Program-made: the position numbers and the translations under genes
Source of the DNA: an uncultured Alphaproteobacteria bacterium
GTDB lineage: Bacteria > Pseudomonadota > Alphaproteobacteria > Rs-D84
DNA: 64,000 nucleotides
Direction of reading: 5' to 3'
NCBI GenBank assembly: GCA_944389185.1
Contig: CALXLL010000001.1
Location: 24,061 to 88,060 of the forward strand
Shown: in pieces, positions 10,731 through 20,577 of the stretch
How the letters are laid out: each line of letters begins with the position of its first letter
Position numbering within the stretch: position 1 is the first letter of the stretch
The notes under the pieces: generated by a model
Databases searched by the model: none
Told to the model about the DNA's origin: nothing
What the model saw: the letters and a program-made list of their open reading frames with translations, nothing else

Positions 10731-11915
10731 ATGGCAAAAGATAAATATTTATCTGTTCGAGATTCTGTTAGTGGGTTTTCTTTCGCAAACCTGGGGCTTT
10801 TTACAGGATTTGCAGACGGTATTTATAACGCCGTGTATTCTTTGGTGTTATTAGAGATTTTTCGTAGTTCTGCAATCGTCGGTATTTACGTTTCTGTATA
10901 TGCAGCTTTTTGTATGATTGTCGGTTTGTTCGCAAACGAGCTTTTTCGTCTTTTTTCAAAAGTTAAAGTATTTTATTTTTCTATGCTTTTTCTGGGCTTG
11001 TGTTATTTGATGATGAGCTTTTCTATCAAACCAAGCACATTTATTATATTAGATTACGTAACAGGAATAGCTGTAACGCTTGTCGGTGTGCTTATTCCGT
11101 TGTTTATGTCTGATTTTTCAAATCATATAGGAATGTCAAAGCTTAATTCCAGGTATCACTTATGGTTAAATGTTGGCGCTTTAATAGCACCTTTGATAGC
11201 AGTTAATATCGCAAACGCTTTTGATAATAGGTCTGCATTTTTTGCCGCTGGAATTATATATATAGCAGGTTGGTTGTTCTTTAAATATTTTAAAATAGTT
11301 CAAGAAAACAAACAAATTAAACAAGTAAACCCCAGAAGAACTATTAAGTCGTTATGGAGAAATACTTTGGGGTTCTTTTCAAAGTCTGTTTTTGTAAGGG
11401 CGTATATTATAAACTTTTCGTATTATGCTTTAAGAGCTATGAGGTATCTGTATGTGCCGATTGTCGTCATAGAGGCTGGTTTTTCAAAAGATGTTTTGGG
11501 GTGGGTATTGGCTATCGGGATTATTCCTTATTTGATAATGACAGAATTGATGAGTAGCTTGGTTAAAAAGTTTGGAAAAAAGTTTTGGTTGGTTGTAGGT
11601 TTTTCTTCTTTTGCTATGTTTTCAAGTTTTGCAATATTTACTAATGGTTATTTGTTGCTGGCTATTTTTATTGCTTGGCAGTTTTCAGGCGCCGTTATGG
11701 AATCTGTTCATGATTTATTATTTTTTGATAATACAAAAAAAGCAGAACAAACTAAATATTACGGTATATTCAGAACCAGCGTTAATTTGCCAAATGTTTT
11801 AGTCTCTATAATGGCGGCTGGTTGTATAACTGCTTTTGGAACAACGTCTGCAGTATGGATAACAACCGCTGTAATCGGTTTTATGGCTGTGCTTATTTTA
11901 ATGATGAAAAAATAG
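10731..11915 (+). CDS. MFS transporter, substrate unknown
   Basis: 394 aa, about 12 hydrophobic segments in a 6+6 arrangement with a central hydrophilic loop. Confidence 0.8.
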   Translation: MAKDKYLSVRDSVSGFSFANLGLFTGFADGIYNAVYSLVLLEIFRSSAIVGIYVSVYAAFCMIVGLFANELFRLFSKVKVFYFSMLFLGLCYLMMSFSIKPSTFIILDYVTGIAVTLVGVLIPLFMSDFSNHIGMSKLNSRYHLWLNVGALIAPLIAVNIANAFDNRSAFFAAGIIYIAGWLFFKYFKIVQENKQIKQVNPRRTIKSLWRNTLGFFSKSVFVRAYIINFSYYALRAMRYLYVPIVVIEAGFSKDVLGWVLAIGIIPYLIMTELMSSLVKKFGKKFWLVVGFSSFAMFSSFAIFTNGYLLLAIFIAWQFSGAVMESVHDLLFFDNTKKAEQTKYYGIFRTSVNLPNVLVSIMAAGCITAFGTTSAVWITTAVIGFMAVLILMMKK

Positions 11916-11981
11916 TCATATTTTGATTGCACCAATGCGGTTTTCTTTGTATTATTTCCTTGATAAGAAAAGGGGATATTT

Positions 11982-13067
11982 ATGGCAAAAAAAGAAGCAG
12001 TAAAAGAAACAAACGCACCAGCAAAAAATCCAGCTTTGGAATCAGCTTTGGCACAAATTCAAAAGCAATTTGGTAAAGAAGCTATTATGAAAATGGGGGA
12101 CGGCAGTCAGCAACAAATAGAAGCTATATCATCAGGTTCTTTGGGACTTGATATTGCTTTGGGTGTTGGCGGTTACCCACGTGGTAGAATAGTTGAAATA
12201 TATGGACCTGAAAGTTCCGGTAAAACAACTCTGGCGTTGCACGCGGTTGCGGAAGCTCAGAAAAAAGGTGGAACTTGCGCTTATATTGATGCAGAAAATG
12301 CTTTGGACCCTCATTATGCTAAAAAATTAGGCGTGGATGTTGCTAATTTGATTATATCTCAGCCTGATTCCGGTGAACAAGCGTTGGAAATCGCAGATAC
12401 TTTAATAAAATCTGGGGCTGTTGATGTTGTTGTAATCGATTCGGTTGCGGCGTTGGTCCCAAAGGCTGAATTGGAAGGTAATATCGGTGATTCTTTTGTT
12501 GGAACTACAGCAAGATTGATGTCACAATCTTTGAAAAAATTGGCGGGCAGCGTTTCCAGAAGTAATACTTTATTGATATTTATAAATCAGATTCGTATGA
12601 AAATTGGCGTTATGTTCGGTAACCCTGAAACTACGTCTGGCGGTAATGCTTTGAAGTTCTATGCGTCAGTCCGCTTGGATATTCGCAGAACAGGTCAGAT
12701 AAAAGATAAAGAAACTATTGTTGGTAATGAAACAAGAGTAAAAATCGTAAAGAATAAAGTTGCACCGCCTTTTAAAACCGTTGATTTTAAGATTATGTAT
12801 GGTGAAGGTATATCAAGAATAAGCGAGATTCTGGATATGGGTGTAAAATGTGATTTAATAGAAAAAGCCGGAAGTTTTTATTCTTATAATAACGAACGTA
12901 TGGGGCAGGGCGAAGCGAATGCAAGAGCTTGGTTGAAAGACCACCCAGAAGTTCAAAAAGAATTACAAGATAAAATTATGGCTAAATCTTCGGGAATAGC
13001 AGAAGAAATGACAACGGGTCCTGTCAATGAAGAAGAGGAAGACGATATTTTACCGATTGAAGAATAA
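11982..13067 (+). CDS. recA: Recombinase RecA
   Basis: [44 protein letters not shown]. Confidence 0.99.
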   Translation: MAKKEAVKETNAPAKNPALESALAQIQKQFGKEAIMKMGDGSQQQIEAISSGSLGLDIALGVGGYPRGRIVEIYGPESSGKTTLALHAVAEAQKKGGTCAYIDAENALDPHYAKKLGVDVANLIISQPDSGEQALEIADTLIKSGAVDVVVIDSVAALVPKAELEGNIGDSFVGTTARLMSQSLKKLAGSVSRSNTLLIFINQIRMKIGVMFGNPETTSGGNALKFYASVRLDIRRTGQIKDKETIVGNETRVKIVKNKVAPPFKTVDFKIMYGEGISRISEILDMGVKCDLIEKAGSFYSYNNERMGQGEANARAWLKDHPEVQKELQDKIMAKSSGIAEEMTTGPVNEEEEDDILPIEE

Positions 13068-13081
13068 GAAAAGGAGTTCTT

Positions 13082-13978
13082 ATGGCAGCTGCAAGATTTT
13101 ATGCAACTTTAAATATAATCTTTCGCGGGCACATATTTAATTGGTTTTGGCGCCCAAAAGAAAAAAGAAGGGCCGTTAGATATAAAGTAATTTCAGATGT
13201 AATACCGAAATATTTAGAAAGATATTTACCTGCGGCTGCCAAAATAAAAGAAAGAAAAGTAGTTAAAAACGATAAAAACGAAAAAATATTCTCGATTTGG
13301 TTGCAGGGTGAAGAAAATGCACCAGCTTTAGTAAAAGCTTGTTTTAGAAATATTCGTAAATACTGTAAGCAAGAATTGGTTGTTTTGGACGAAAAAACTT
13401 TATTTAAGTATATAACTTTACCAGATTATATCCTAGAAAAACGTAAAAATGGTTTGATAAAAAATGCTCATTTCGCCGATATTTGCAGGGTAGAACTGTT
13501 GTATGAATATGGTGGTATATGGCTGGATGCTACGGATTTTGTCACTTCTGATATACCACAATGGATTATAGACGAAGATTTTTTCGTATATTTGGTAGGT
13601 AAGAAAGGGTCGTTTTCGTATAGTTTTATGCAGAATTGTTTTATAAGGTCAAGAAAAGGTGCTTATTTACTTGACGCGTGGCGCGCAATGATTCTTGATT
13701 ATTGGAAATATGAAAATCATACTTTTGATTATTTTGTTCATCAGCTATTATTTAAAACTTTGGTCACAAACGATGAAAGAGCAAAAAAATATTTTGACAA
13801 AATGCCACATGTGGACCAAGATCCAACTCATACGGTTTGGTGGCAGTATCGTAATAAACCCTTTAATAAAGAACTTTTTAGTAAACTAACATCCGGTGCG
13901 TTTTTTCAGAAAACTAATTATAAAAATATAAAAGAACCAATCCCGGGAAGTTTTGCCGAAGTAATGATGGATATGTAA
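13082..13978 (+). CDS. Capsular polysaccharide synthesis protein (DxD glycosyltransferase, GT32-like)
   Basis: WLQGEENAP.LVKAC, HFADICRVELLYEYGGIWLDAT, DYF. Confidence 0.85.
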   Translation: MAAARFYATLNIIFRGHIFNWFWRPKEKRRAVRYKVISDVIPKYLERYLPAAAKIKERKVVKNDKNEKIFSIWLQGEENAPALVKACFRNIRKYCKQELVVLDEKTLFKYITLPDYILEKRKNGLIKNAHFADICRVELLYEYGGIWLDATDFVTSDIPQWIIDEDFFVYLVGKKGSFSYSFMQNCFIRSRKGAYLLDAWRAMILDYWKYENHTFDYFVHQLLFKTLVTNDERAKKYFDKMPHVDQDPTHTVWWQYRNKPFNKELFSKLTSGAFFQKTNYKNIKEPIPGSFAEVMMDM

Positions 13979-13994
13979 TTTTAAGGAGTCTTTA

Positions 13995-15017
13995 ATGCCA
14001 GCTGTTTCCGTAATAATACCTGTTTATAATGTAGAAAAGTATTTGCGTAGGTGTTTGGATAGTGTATTAAATCAGACCTTTACAGATTGGGAAGCAATAT
14101 GCGTAAATGATGGCAGCCCAGATAATAGTTTAGACATCCTTAAAGAATATGCTAAAAAAGATTCAAGATTTAAAATCGTTGATAAAAAAAATGGTGGTTT
14201 ATCGGATGCTAGAAACGCGGGTATGAAAATAGCAACTGGTGATTATATTTTATATTTAGATAGCGATGATTTTATCCATCCACAGACTGTGGAGATAACA
14301 CATTATTTGGCTAAGAAAGATGGGGCAGATATCGTTTCTTTTACTTATGATAGAATATATAGACCGCAGTTAATGGTGCGCTATAAGCTTGGTTTAGATA
14401 CGGATAACGTAATACCGACAAGAATAAAAAAGAAATACAATTTATCAAAAATCAAAACGTTGGTTACGGAAGACGTTTTTGAGTATGCAACAGAGAAAAC
14501 TCATAATATGTTTAACCCGAAAAGAAAATGGTTAATAAAACATTGTCAGGTTTGGAAAAATCTTTATAAGAAAGACTTGATTAAAGACATACCTTTTATA
14601 AAAGGAATCTTGTTTGAAGACTTTCCTTGGTGGAGTGAAGTTATGTTGCGTAATCCGAAAGTAACTATAGCTCCGTTACCGTTATATTTTTATATACCTA
14701 ATTTTAAGGGAATTGTTTTATCTGCTAAACAGTTAAAGATTATGCAAAGCTTGGTTGAAGGTATTAAATATTCTTATAACTTATATAAAAATAATGCAAA
14801 CGAATATCAAATGAAAAAATGGTCAGAAAACTTTCGTTGGTTTTTCGTTTATTGGGCATTTCGCAAGCTTAAATATTTAGATAATAATACAGATATTGAA
14901 ATAGCTCGAAAGCTTTTGTTGGATTTAGAAAAAAATGGCGTTTTAGACAACCCACCAACAAAACAAGCAAAAAAGCTTCGTTGCAATATTTGCAAGTTTA
15001 TAAAAACTTGCAAATAA
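13995..15017 (+). CDS. Glycosyltransferase family 2
   Basis: SVIIPVYNVEKYL..CLDS, VNDGS.D, NGGLSDARN, LDSDD, FED. Confidence 0.93.
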   Translation: MPAVSVIIPVYNVEKYLRRCLDSVLNQTFTDWEAICVNDGSPDNSLDILKEYAKKDSRFKIVDKKNGGLSDARNAGMKIATGDYILYLDSDDFIHPQTVEITHYLAKKDGADIVSFTYDRIYRPQLMVRYKLGLDTDNVIPTRIKKKYNLSKIKTLVTEDVFEYATEKTHNMFNPKRKWLIKHCQVWKNLYKKDLIKDIPFIKGILFEDFPWWSEVMLRNPKVTIAPLPLYFYIPNFKGIVLSAKQLKIMQSLVEGIKYSYNLYKNNANEYQMKKWSENFRWFFVYWAFRKLKYLDNNTDIEIARKLLLDLEKNGVLDNPPTKQAKKLRCNICKFIKTCK

Positions 15018-15022
15018 TAAAA

Positions 15023-16024
15023 TTATTTTTCAAACGGTGATTTTTCTGGAAAACGCTTTTCCATATAGTTTGCATTGTTTTTTAAGATTTGTTCATCGGT
15101 ATCTATCGAATCGTTTATGCAAAATATCGGTGCACGTTTAAGTGCTTTTGCAGCCGTTTTGGTGTCAGTGCAATATACGGGTGATTTTTTCGTTTGAAAG
15201 TAAAACATCGTATTGTATAAAAACGAAAGAATAGGGAACTTGGAATGTTTCATTGCTCGGGCATGATAAAACTTTGCTTTCCCATGCACAAAATCATATA
15301 AGTTAAACATCCAACGCTGAATTTCATTATTTGTTCTGAATTTATTTCTTATTTGTTCGTCTATTTGCTTGTTAAATAAAGGATGGTTTCGACAGACTTC
15401 CCAAGATGATTTTATATAAGGGTCAATTCCATGCGAAGGACGGTATTTATAAACGTTCTTTTTATATATGTCGCTTATCTTTTTTGCAGATAATATAAGC
15501 GTTTGAGTGTAAGCGTCTTCTTTTTCTAGCCAACGTCCGACATTTTTACTTTTCTGCTTCATGGAAGCATATAAAACTTTTGCACGACCTTTCTTATCAT
15601 AAAAGAAATCTGGACTTAAAGGTCTGTTGAAAAAGAAATCATCATTCATAAGTAAAAAATGTTCTGAAAGTCCTTTTATATTAGGTATGCACATTTCTAT
15701 AGCATTAGAATTAAAAGTTGGTAAAGCATCAGCTGGAAAAATATCTTCGTGCGGAATGATAGTAATTTTTGGGTGCTTGGCGTTTAACCATTTGGGAACC
15801 TGATTAAAACCAGTAATTATATAAATATGGTTTACCCAAGGTGCATATTTGGCAACACTTCGCAAAGAGTGTTTAAATTCTCCGTTGTCGCGCCAACGTG
15901 ATTCGTCATACGCATATTCTGGGACGTTTTCAGCACCTTTAATTATCTTTTCCCATTTATTTTTTGTTGCCCGCCATTTTTTATCTGCGCTATCCACCCA
16001 TAAATATACAATATCTATTTTCAT
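15023..16024 (-). CDS. Stealth family protein (polysaccharide hexose-1-phosphotransferase)
   Basis: CR1 IDIVYLWVD, CR2 SLRSVAKYAPWVNHI...LPTFNSNAIE...GLSEHFLLMNDD, CR4 FCIND...FPEKSPFEK. Confidence 0.92.
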   Translation of the reverse strand: MKIDIVYLWVDSADKKWRATKNKWEKIIKGAENVPEYAYDESRWRDNGEFKHSLRSVAKYAPWVNHIYIITGFNQVPKWLNAKHPKITIIPHEDIFPADALPTFNSNAIEMCIPNIKGLSEHFLLMNDDFFFNRPLSPDFFYDKKGRAKVLYASMKQKSKNVGRWLEKEDAYTQTLILSAKKISDIYKKNVYKYRPSHGIDPYIKSSWEVCRNHPLFNKQIDEQIRNKFRTNNEIQRWMFNLYDFVHGKAKFYHARAMKHSKFPILSFLYNTMFYFQTKKSPVYCTDTKTAAKALKRAPIFCINDSIDTDEQILKNNANYMEKRFPEKSPFEK

Positions 16025-16035
16025 ATTTTTCGCCT

Positions 16036-16479
16036 TTATATCATTCTTATTCCAAGTAAATAATATTTCTTTTTATTATCTAATTCAGAAACTTTTATTT
16101 TAAATAAAGATAAAACTTTTAATAATAAAAAGTCGTGCTTAATACCGTCATTATATTCATATATTAAGCCACCAAGTATTTTTTTATATGTCATAAATTG
16201 TCTATATAAAATATTTTTTATTATTTTATTGGTTCTTTTATCTGTGTTGTTAAAATTATAATTTTCTGATATAAAAGGTTGACATAAATCAAATATTTCT
16301 TGTTTGTATTTATCTTTTTTTGCATAACTTTTTGCTATTTTTAACGAAGCGTCTGTGCTGCAATCATCAACACATATTATTTCTATGTCTTTATATGTTT
16401 GATCTATTAAAGATTTTAAGCATTTGTCTAAATATTGTTCTAAATTATATATTGGAACAATTATTGATATCTCTGCCAT
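16036..16479 (-). pseudogene. Internally deleted GT2 glycosyltransferase remnant
   Basis: First ~56 aa are a GT2 N-terminus (ISIIVPIYN, VDDCSTD, YAKKD); NxGxSxARN and DxD motifs are missing; only 147 aa. Confidence 0.7.
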
Positions 16480-16482
16480 TTA

Positions 16483-17316
16483 TTATATTCCTGTTTTAAT
16501 AAAACTTTCTGGTATTTCTGTTACCCATTTTAACCCAAACATTGCAGGTTTGTTTAAGTCGTATATAGGACGCACAAAGGTCTGCAAGATTCTTGCCAGC
16601 GTTTTAGACTTATTTTTTTTCTTTGATTCGCTGATTAAGTAGATTGTTTTGGCACGCTTTTTTAAGTGCTTTTCCCAAGAAGGATTTCTATCCCCGATTT
16701 TGTTCTTTATCATTTCTAAATCTACGCTGCCAAAGTGTAATAAATAAAGGTTCTTGTCTATATGAAAGTTGTGACCTTTGACGCTATGAAAACCGCTGCC
16801 CCAAATTGCCGGTTTAAATAAAACAACAGGCTTTGTATACCTGGTTGATAATAAAGCATGCTTTCGTTGCTCTAAAAAAGGTTTGTTTGTGTCTAAACTT
16901 TTTTCTGTTTGTAAATCTTGCCCTATGTCCAGACCTAAACCAGATACAGATGTCCTATTTTTTATTCCAGATAGGTATTCTGGTAAACTTATGTTTAAAG
17001 CAGGGTCAATAACCAAAAATTCGTCACAATCACAACCTATGACGATATCATAGCCTTCGTTGAACAGTTTCTTTGCTAAATCTGATAAAAGCAGTATTCT
17101 TGTTTTGTCCCCTTTTTGAACTTGTTCTTCTTTATGCGGAAGTTTCGTTATATTTGATTTACCGGCTTTTGATGGATTTTTTTGGTCTAATCCATCTAAA
17201 TATATATACAGGTTTTCTTCACCAAGTAAACTACCATAATATTTTATCCAACGGTTTAAAAAAAACTCGTCATTTCTTGCCATTGTTATGGCTGCTATTT
17301 TTTTTTCTTTTTTCAT
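16483..17316 (-). CDS. Glycosyltransferase family 2-like protein (Glyco_tranf_2_4 type)
   Basis: ITMARNDEFFLNRWIKYY, CDCDEFL, WGSGFH, LLHFG. Confidence 0.8.
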   Translation of the reverse strand: MKKEKKIAAITMARNDEFFLNRWIKYYGSLLGEENLYIYLDGLDQKNPSKAGKSNITKLPHKEEQVQKGDKTRILLLSDLAKKLFNEGYDIVIGCDCDEFLVIDPALNISLPEYLSGIKNRTSVSGLGLDIGQDLQTEKSLDTNKPFLEQRKHALLSTRYTKPVVLFKPAIWGSGFHSVKGHNFHIDKNLYLLHFGSVDLEMIKNKIGDRNPSWEKHLKKRAKTIYLISESKKKNKSKTLARILQTFVRPIYDLNKPAMFGLKWVTEIPESFIKTGI

Positions 17317-18161
17317 ATTCCCTCTATAAAAAGCTTTATAAATAAACGGCGTATACTTCTATATGCTATTTTAATAGGATTTTTTGTTAAAAGCCAGTAT
17401 ATATATTTTTCCCCATAAACACGTTTCGCATTTTGTAAAATAGCATACCTTATTTCAGGTGATATACTTTTCATAACGTATAATACCTGTGTGCCAAGCG
17501 TCCCTTGCTTTGCATAAAAAGCGGTCTTTTTCATAAACGGTAACTTCTTTTTATATAAGTATTTTATTCTATTATATATACCTCGGCCCTTAATAGTATA
17601 TAAACAATAAAAGCTTAATTTATTTTTTATCAATTTGTCCGTAAAACCGTTTTCATATAATATACATATATAAGCTTTGTTTTCTTGTTTTGTTACAGAT
17701 TTTATAAAATCGTCAAACCAATTAGATAAAAATACTTTCTGGGTCATTCCGATAAACCATGATTGTATGTGCGGATGTTTTTTATGCGGATTATAAACCA
17801 GACCAAAAGCATCTTTTTTACTATTTTCCATCTTTTCTAAATATGGTTGTAAGTCGTATAACGGACCATATACAGAGTCGTTAACTAGATATAAATAATC
17901 GTAATTTTTTAATAAATCATGCTCTTTGGCATATAAATAAGCTCTTTTATAAGAACCGAAATCATATTCTTTATGACGATTTCCACTTGCAAATATAACG
18001 AAAGGTTTTACTTTATCCAGTTGCGTTTCGTCGCAATCGCTATCCATTACTAAAATAGCATCACCAAGCTTAGATAAAGACGATACCTGATGAATTAACG
18101 ATTCGTCTATTATACCGTCCTTATCATAACCTGCTATTAGAAATAAGCGTTTAGGCTTCAA
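17313..18161 (-). CDS. Rhamnan synthesis F (RgpF)-like protein
   Basis: RHKEYDFGSYK, LVNDSVYGP, HIQSWF, YENGFT, PFMKK; TTG start overlapping the typA stop. Confidence 0.8.
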   Translation of the reverse strand: MKPKRLFLIAGYDKDGIIDESLIHQVSSLSKLGDAILVMDSDCDETQLDKVKPFVIFASGNRHKEYDFGSYKRAYLYAKEHDLLKNYDYLYLVNDSVYGPLYDLQPYLEKMENSKKDAFGLVYNPHKKHPHIQSWFIGMTQKVFLSNWFDDFIKSVTKQENKAYICILYENGFTDKLIKNKLSFYCLYTIKGRGIYNRIKYLYKKKLPFMKKTAFYAKQGTLGTQVLYVMKSISPEIRYAILQNAKRVYGEKYIYWLLTKNPIKIAYRSIRRLFIKLFIEGI

Positions 18162-19983
18162 CGTTTTTCCTTGTCTTTTTTCTTATGTTACTATCAAGTT
18201 CCTTTTTGCGCAAACGAATCGTAGCAGGGGTGACTTCTACTAATTCATCGTCTTGAATATAAGATAAAGCTTCTTCCAAAGACATTTTACGTGGTGGTGC
18301 AAGGAATAGTTTTTCATCTGCCGTAACTGATCTGATATTTGTCAGCTCTTTACCTTTTACAGGGTTTACTTCTAAGTCGTTTTCTTTGCTGTGTTCACCT
18401 ATAATCATGCCAGAGTAAACTTCTGTTTGTGGACCTACAAACAGCGTTCCACGTGGTTGTAAGTTAAATAAAGCGTATGTTGCCGTAACCCCGTTTTCCA
18501 TAGATACTAAAACACCTGGTCTATACTGTGATATAGGACCACGATACGCTTCATAACCAGAAAATACTCGGTTCATAATACCAGTTCCGCGTGTGTCTGT
18601 TCTGAATTCAGATAAATAACCGATTAAACCGCGCGATGGTGCAGAAAATACGATTCGCGTTTTCCCAGCACCGGAAGATTTCATCTCGGTTATAGTTGCT
18701 TTACGTTTTGTCATTTTTTCAATAACAACACCGCTATATTCATCGTCTACATCAATGACAACTTCTTCAATTGGTTCAAGCTTTTCACCGTTTGGACCTT
18801 CTTTCATTACAACGCGTGGGCGGCTGACGCTGAGTTCAAAGCCTTCGCGGCGCATGGTTTCTATTAATATCCCAAGTTGTAATTCACCGCGCCCAGATAC
18901 TTCGAATGCTTCGTTGTTTTCACTTTGCGTAACTTTCAAAGCAATGTTTGTTTCTGCTTCTTTGAATAATCTTTCACCAATCATTCTGGAAGTTAATTTC
19001 TTGCCGGATTTTCCTGCCAAAGGTGAAGTGTTAACAAAGAACGTCATCGTTAAAGTTGGTGGGTCAATAGGCATAGCTGGGATAGGTTCGATGACTTCAG
19101 GTGCACAAAGCGTATCTGCAACGGTTGCCTTTGAAAATCCCGCTATAACAACAATGTCACCAGCAGAAGCAGAATCCAGTGATACTTTTTCAACACCACG
19201 GTGTTCTATGATTTTGGTTATTTTAGCGTTTTCAATAAATTCACCTTTCATATTTATTGCTTTCACTGCTTGACCAACTTTTACGGTCCCTGATTCTATT
19301 TTACCCGTTAATATTCTGCCAACATAAGGGTCGGCTTCCAACGTAGTGGCAAGCATTTTAAATGGTGCGTCTATTTGGCATCTTGTCCCGTTACAATCCG
19401 GTGCAGGAACGTGATCGATGATTAATTGAAATAAAGGCGTTAAGTCTTTGTGTTCGTCTTTTAAATCACGGACTGCCCAACCGTCACGACCGACAGAATA
19501 TAAATATGGAAAATCAAGTTGAGAATCTGTTGCACCAAGCTTATCAAATAAATCAAAAGTTTCGTTTAAAACTTCTTCTGGACGGGCGTCAGCTCTATCT
19601 ACCTTGTTTATGCATACGATGGGACGAAGCCCAAGTTTAAGTGCTTTTGATAGCACGAACTTCGTTTGTGGTAACGGACCTTCTGCTGCGTCAACCAGCA
19701 AAACAACACCGTCAACCATAGATAAAATACGTTCAACTTCACCGCCAAAATCTGCGTGCCCAGGTGTGTCTACTATGTTTATTTTATAACCGTTCCATAA
19801 TATAGAAGTTGGTTTTGCGGAAATTGTGATGCCGCGTTCGCGTTCTATATCACCGCTGTCCATAACCCTATCTTCAACTTTTTCATTTGCACGAAATGTT
19901 CCTGCTTGCTTTAACATATTATCAACCAAAGTCGTCTTACCGTGGTCAACATGAGCAATAATTGCAATATTGCGAATTTTCAT
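18151..19983 (-). CDS. typA: Translational GTPase TypA/BipA
   Basis: RNIAIIAHVDHGKTT, RERGITI, DTPGHADFGGEVER, NKVD, GRGELQL, DDELVEVTP. Confidence 0.98.
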   Translation of the reverse strand: MKIRNIAIIAHVDHGKTTLVDNMLKQAGTFRANEKVEDRVMDSGDIERERGITISAKPTSILWNGYKINIVDTPGHADFGGEVERILSMVDGVVLLVDAAEGPLPQTKFVLSKALKLGLRPIVCINKVDRADARPEEVLNETFDLFDKLGATDSQLDFPYLYSVGRDGWAVRDLKDEHKDLTPLFQLIIDHVPAPDCNGTRCQIDAPFKMLATTLEADPYVGRILTGKIESGTVKVGQAVKAINMKGEFIENAKITKIIEHRGVEKVSLDSASAGDIVVIAGFSKATVADTLCAPEVIEPIPAMPIDPPTLTMTFFVNTSPLAGKSGKKLTSRMIGERLFKEAETNIALKVTQSENNEAFEVSGRGELQLGILIETMRREGFELSVSRPRVVMKEGPNGEKLEPIEEVVIDVDDEYSGVVIEKMTKRKATITEMKSSGAGKTRIVFSAPSRGLIGYLSEFRTDTRGTGIMNRVFSGYEAYRGPISQYRPGVLVSMENGVTATYALFNLQPRGTLFVGPQTEVYSGMIIGEHSKENDLEVNPVKGKELTNIRSVTADEKLFLAPPRKMSLEEALSYIQDDELVEVTPATIRLRKKELDSNIRKKTRKNVEA

Positions 19984-20137
19984 ATTTTTTTACCCTTTAC
20001 ATTATATTTTTCACACATATAGGATATATCTTTTTTCTTGTTTTTCAACTTATTAAGAAAAAAAGTTTACAAAAAACTTGATTTTTGTCAACTTTGGTTT
20101 ATATTATATGTGTCATACTTATTAAAAGGATTAAAAT

Positions 20138-20551
20138 ATGGCTATAGATTATGATTTAACTATTAAGAAAGCTTTTTCTGATTGCTTGGAATATTTGAAC
20201 GCCTGTAAGCAAAAAACAAAAAGCTCTTATAGTTATAGTTGCTTGAACTGTAATATACAGTCTTTAAAAAAGATTTCTTCTAACCCAAAGCAGTTCGTTA
20301 ATATTCATAAAAGAGTTAAATATGCTCCGATTGTTTCTATTAATGAAATAAACCCAAAATTTGACCAAACTTTAAATAACTTTTTGGATAAAATAGATTC
20401 TTATTATTCTGCCGAAGCAACCAAGCCAGAAGCAACAAAGGCTTTGGTAGATTCAATAGAATCTTTACACGTTGTTATAGATAAATGTAATTTAAAGACC
20501 TTATGGTTAGATTTAGTAAAGCCAAAAAGATTTCTTGTAAAAACAAGATAA
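20138..20551 (+). CDS. Hypothetical protein
   Basis: 137-aa ORF with AAAGGA RBS, followed by a terminator; no family recognised. Confidence 0.75.
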   Translation: MAIDYDLTIKKAFSDCLEYLNACKQKTKSSYSYSCLNCNIQSLKKISSNPKQFVNIHKRVKYAPIVSINEINPKFDQTLNNFLDKIDSYYSAEATKPEATKALVDSIESLHVVIDKCNLKTLWLDLVKPKRFLVKTR

Positions 20552-20577
20552 AAAAACGGGGATTACCCCGTTTTTTT
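20551..20577. terminator. Bidirectional intrinsic terminator
   Basis: A-tract CGGGG-ATTA-CCCCG T-tract between convergent genes. Confidence 0.85.
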
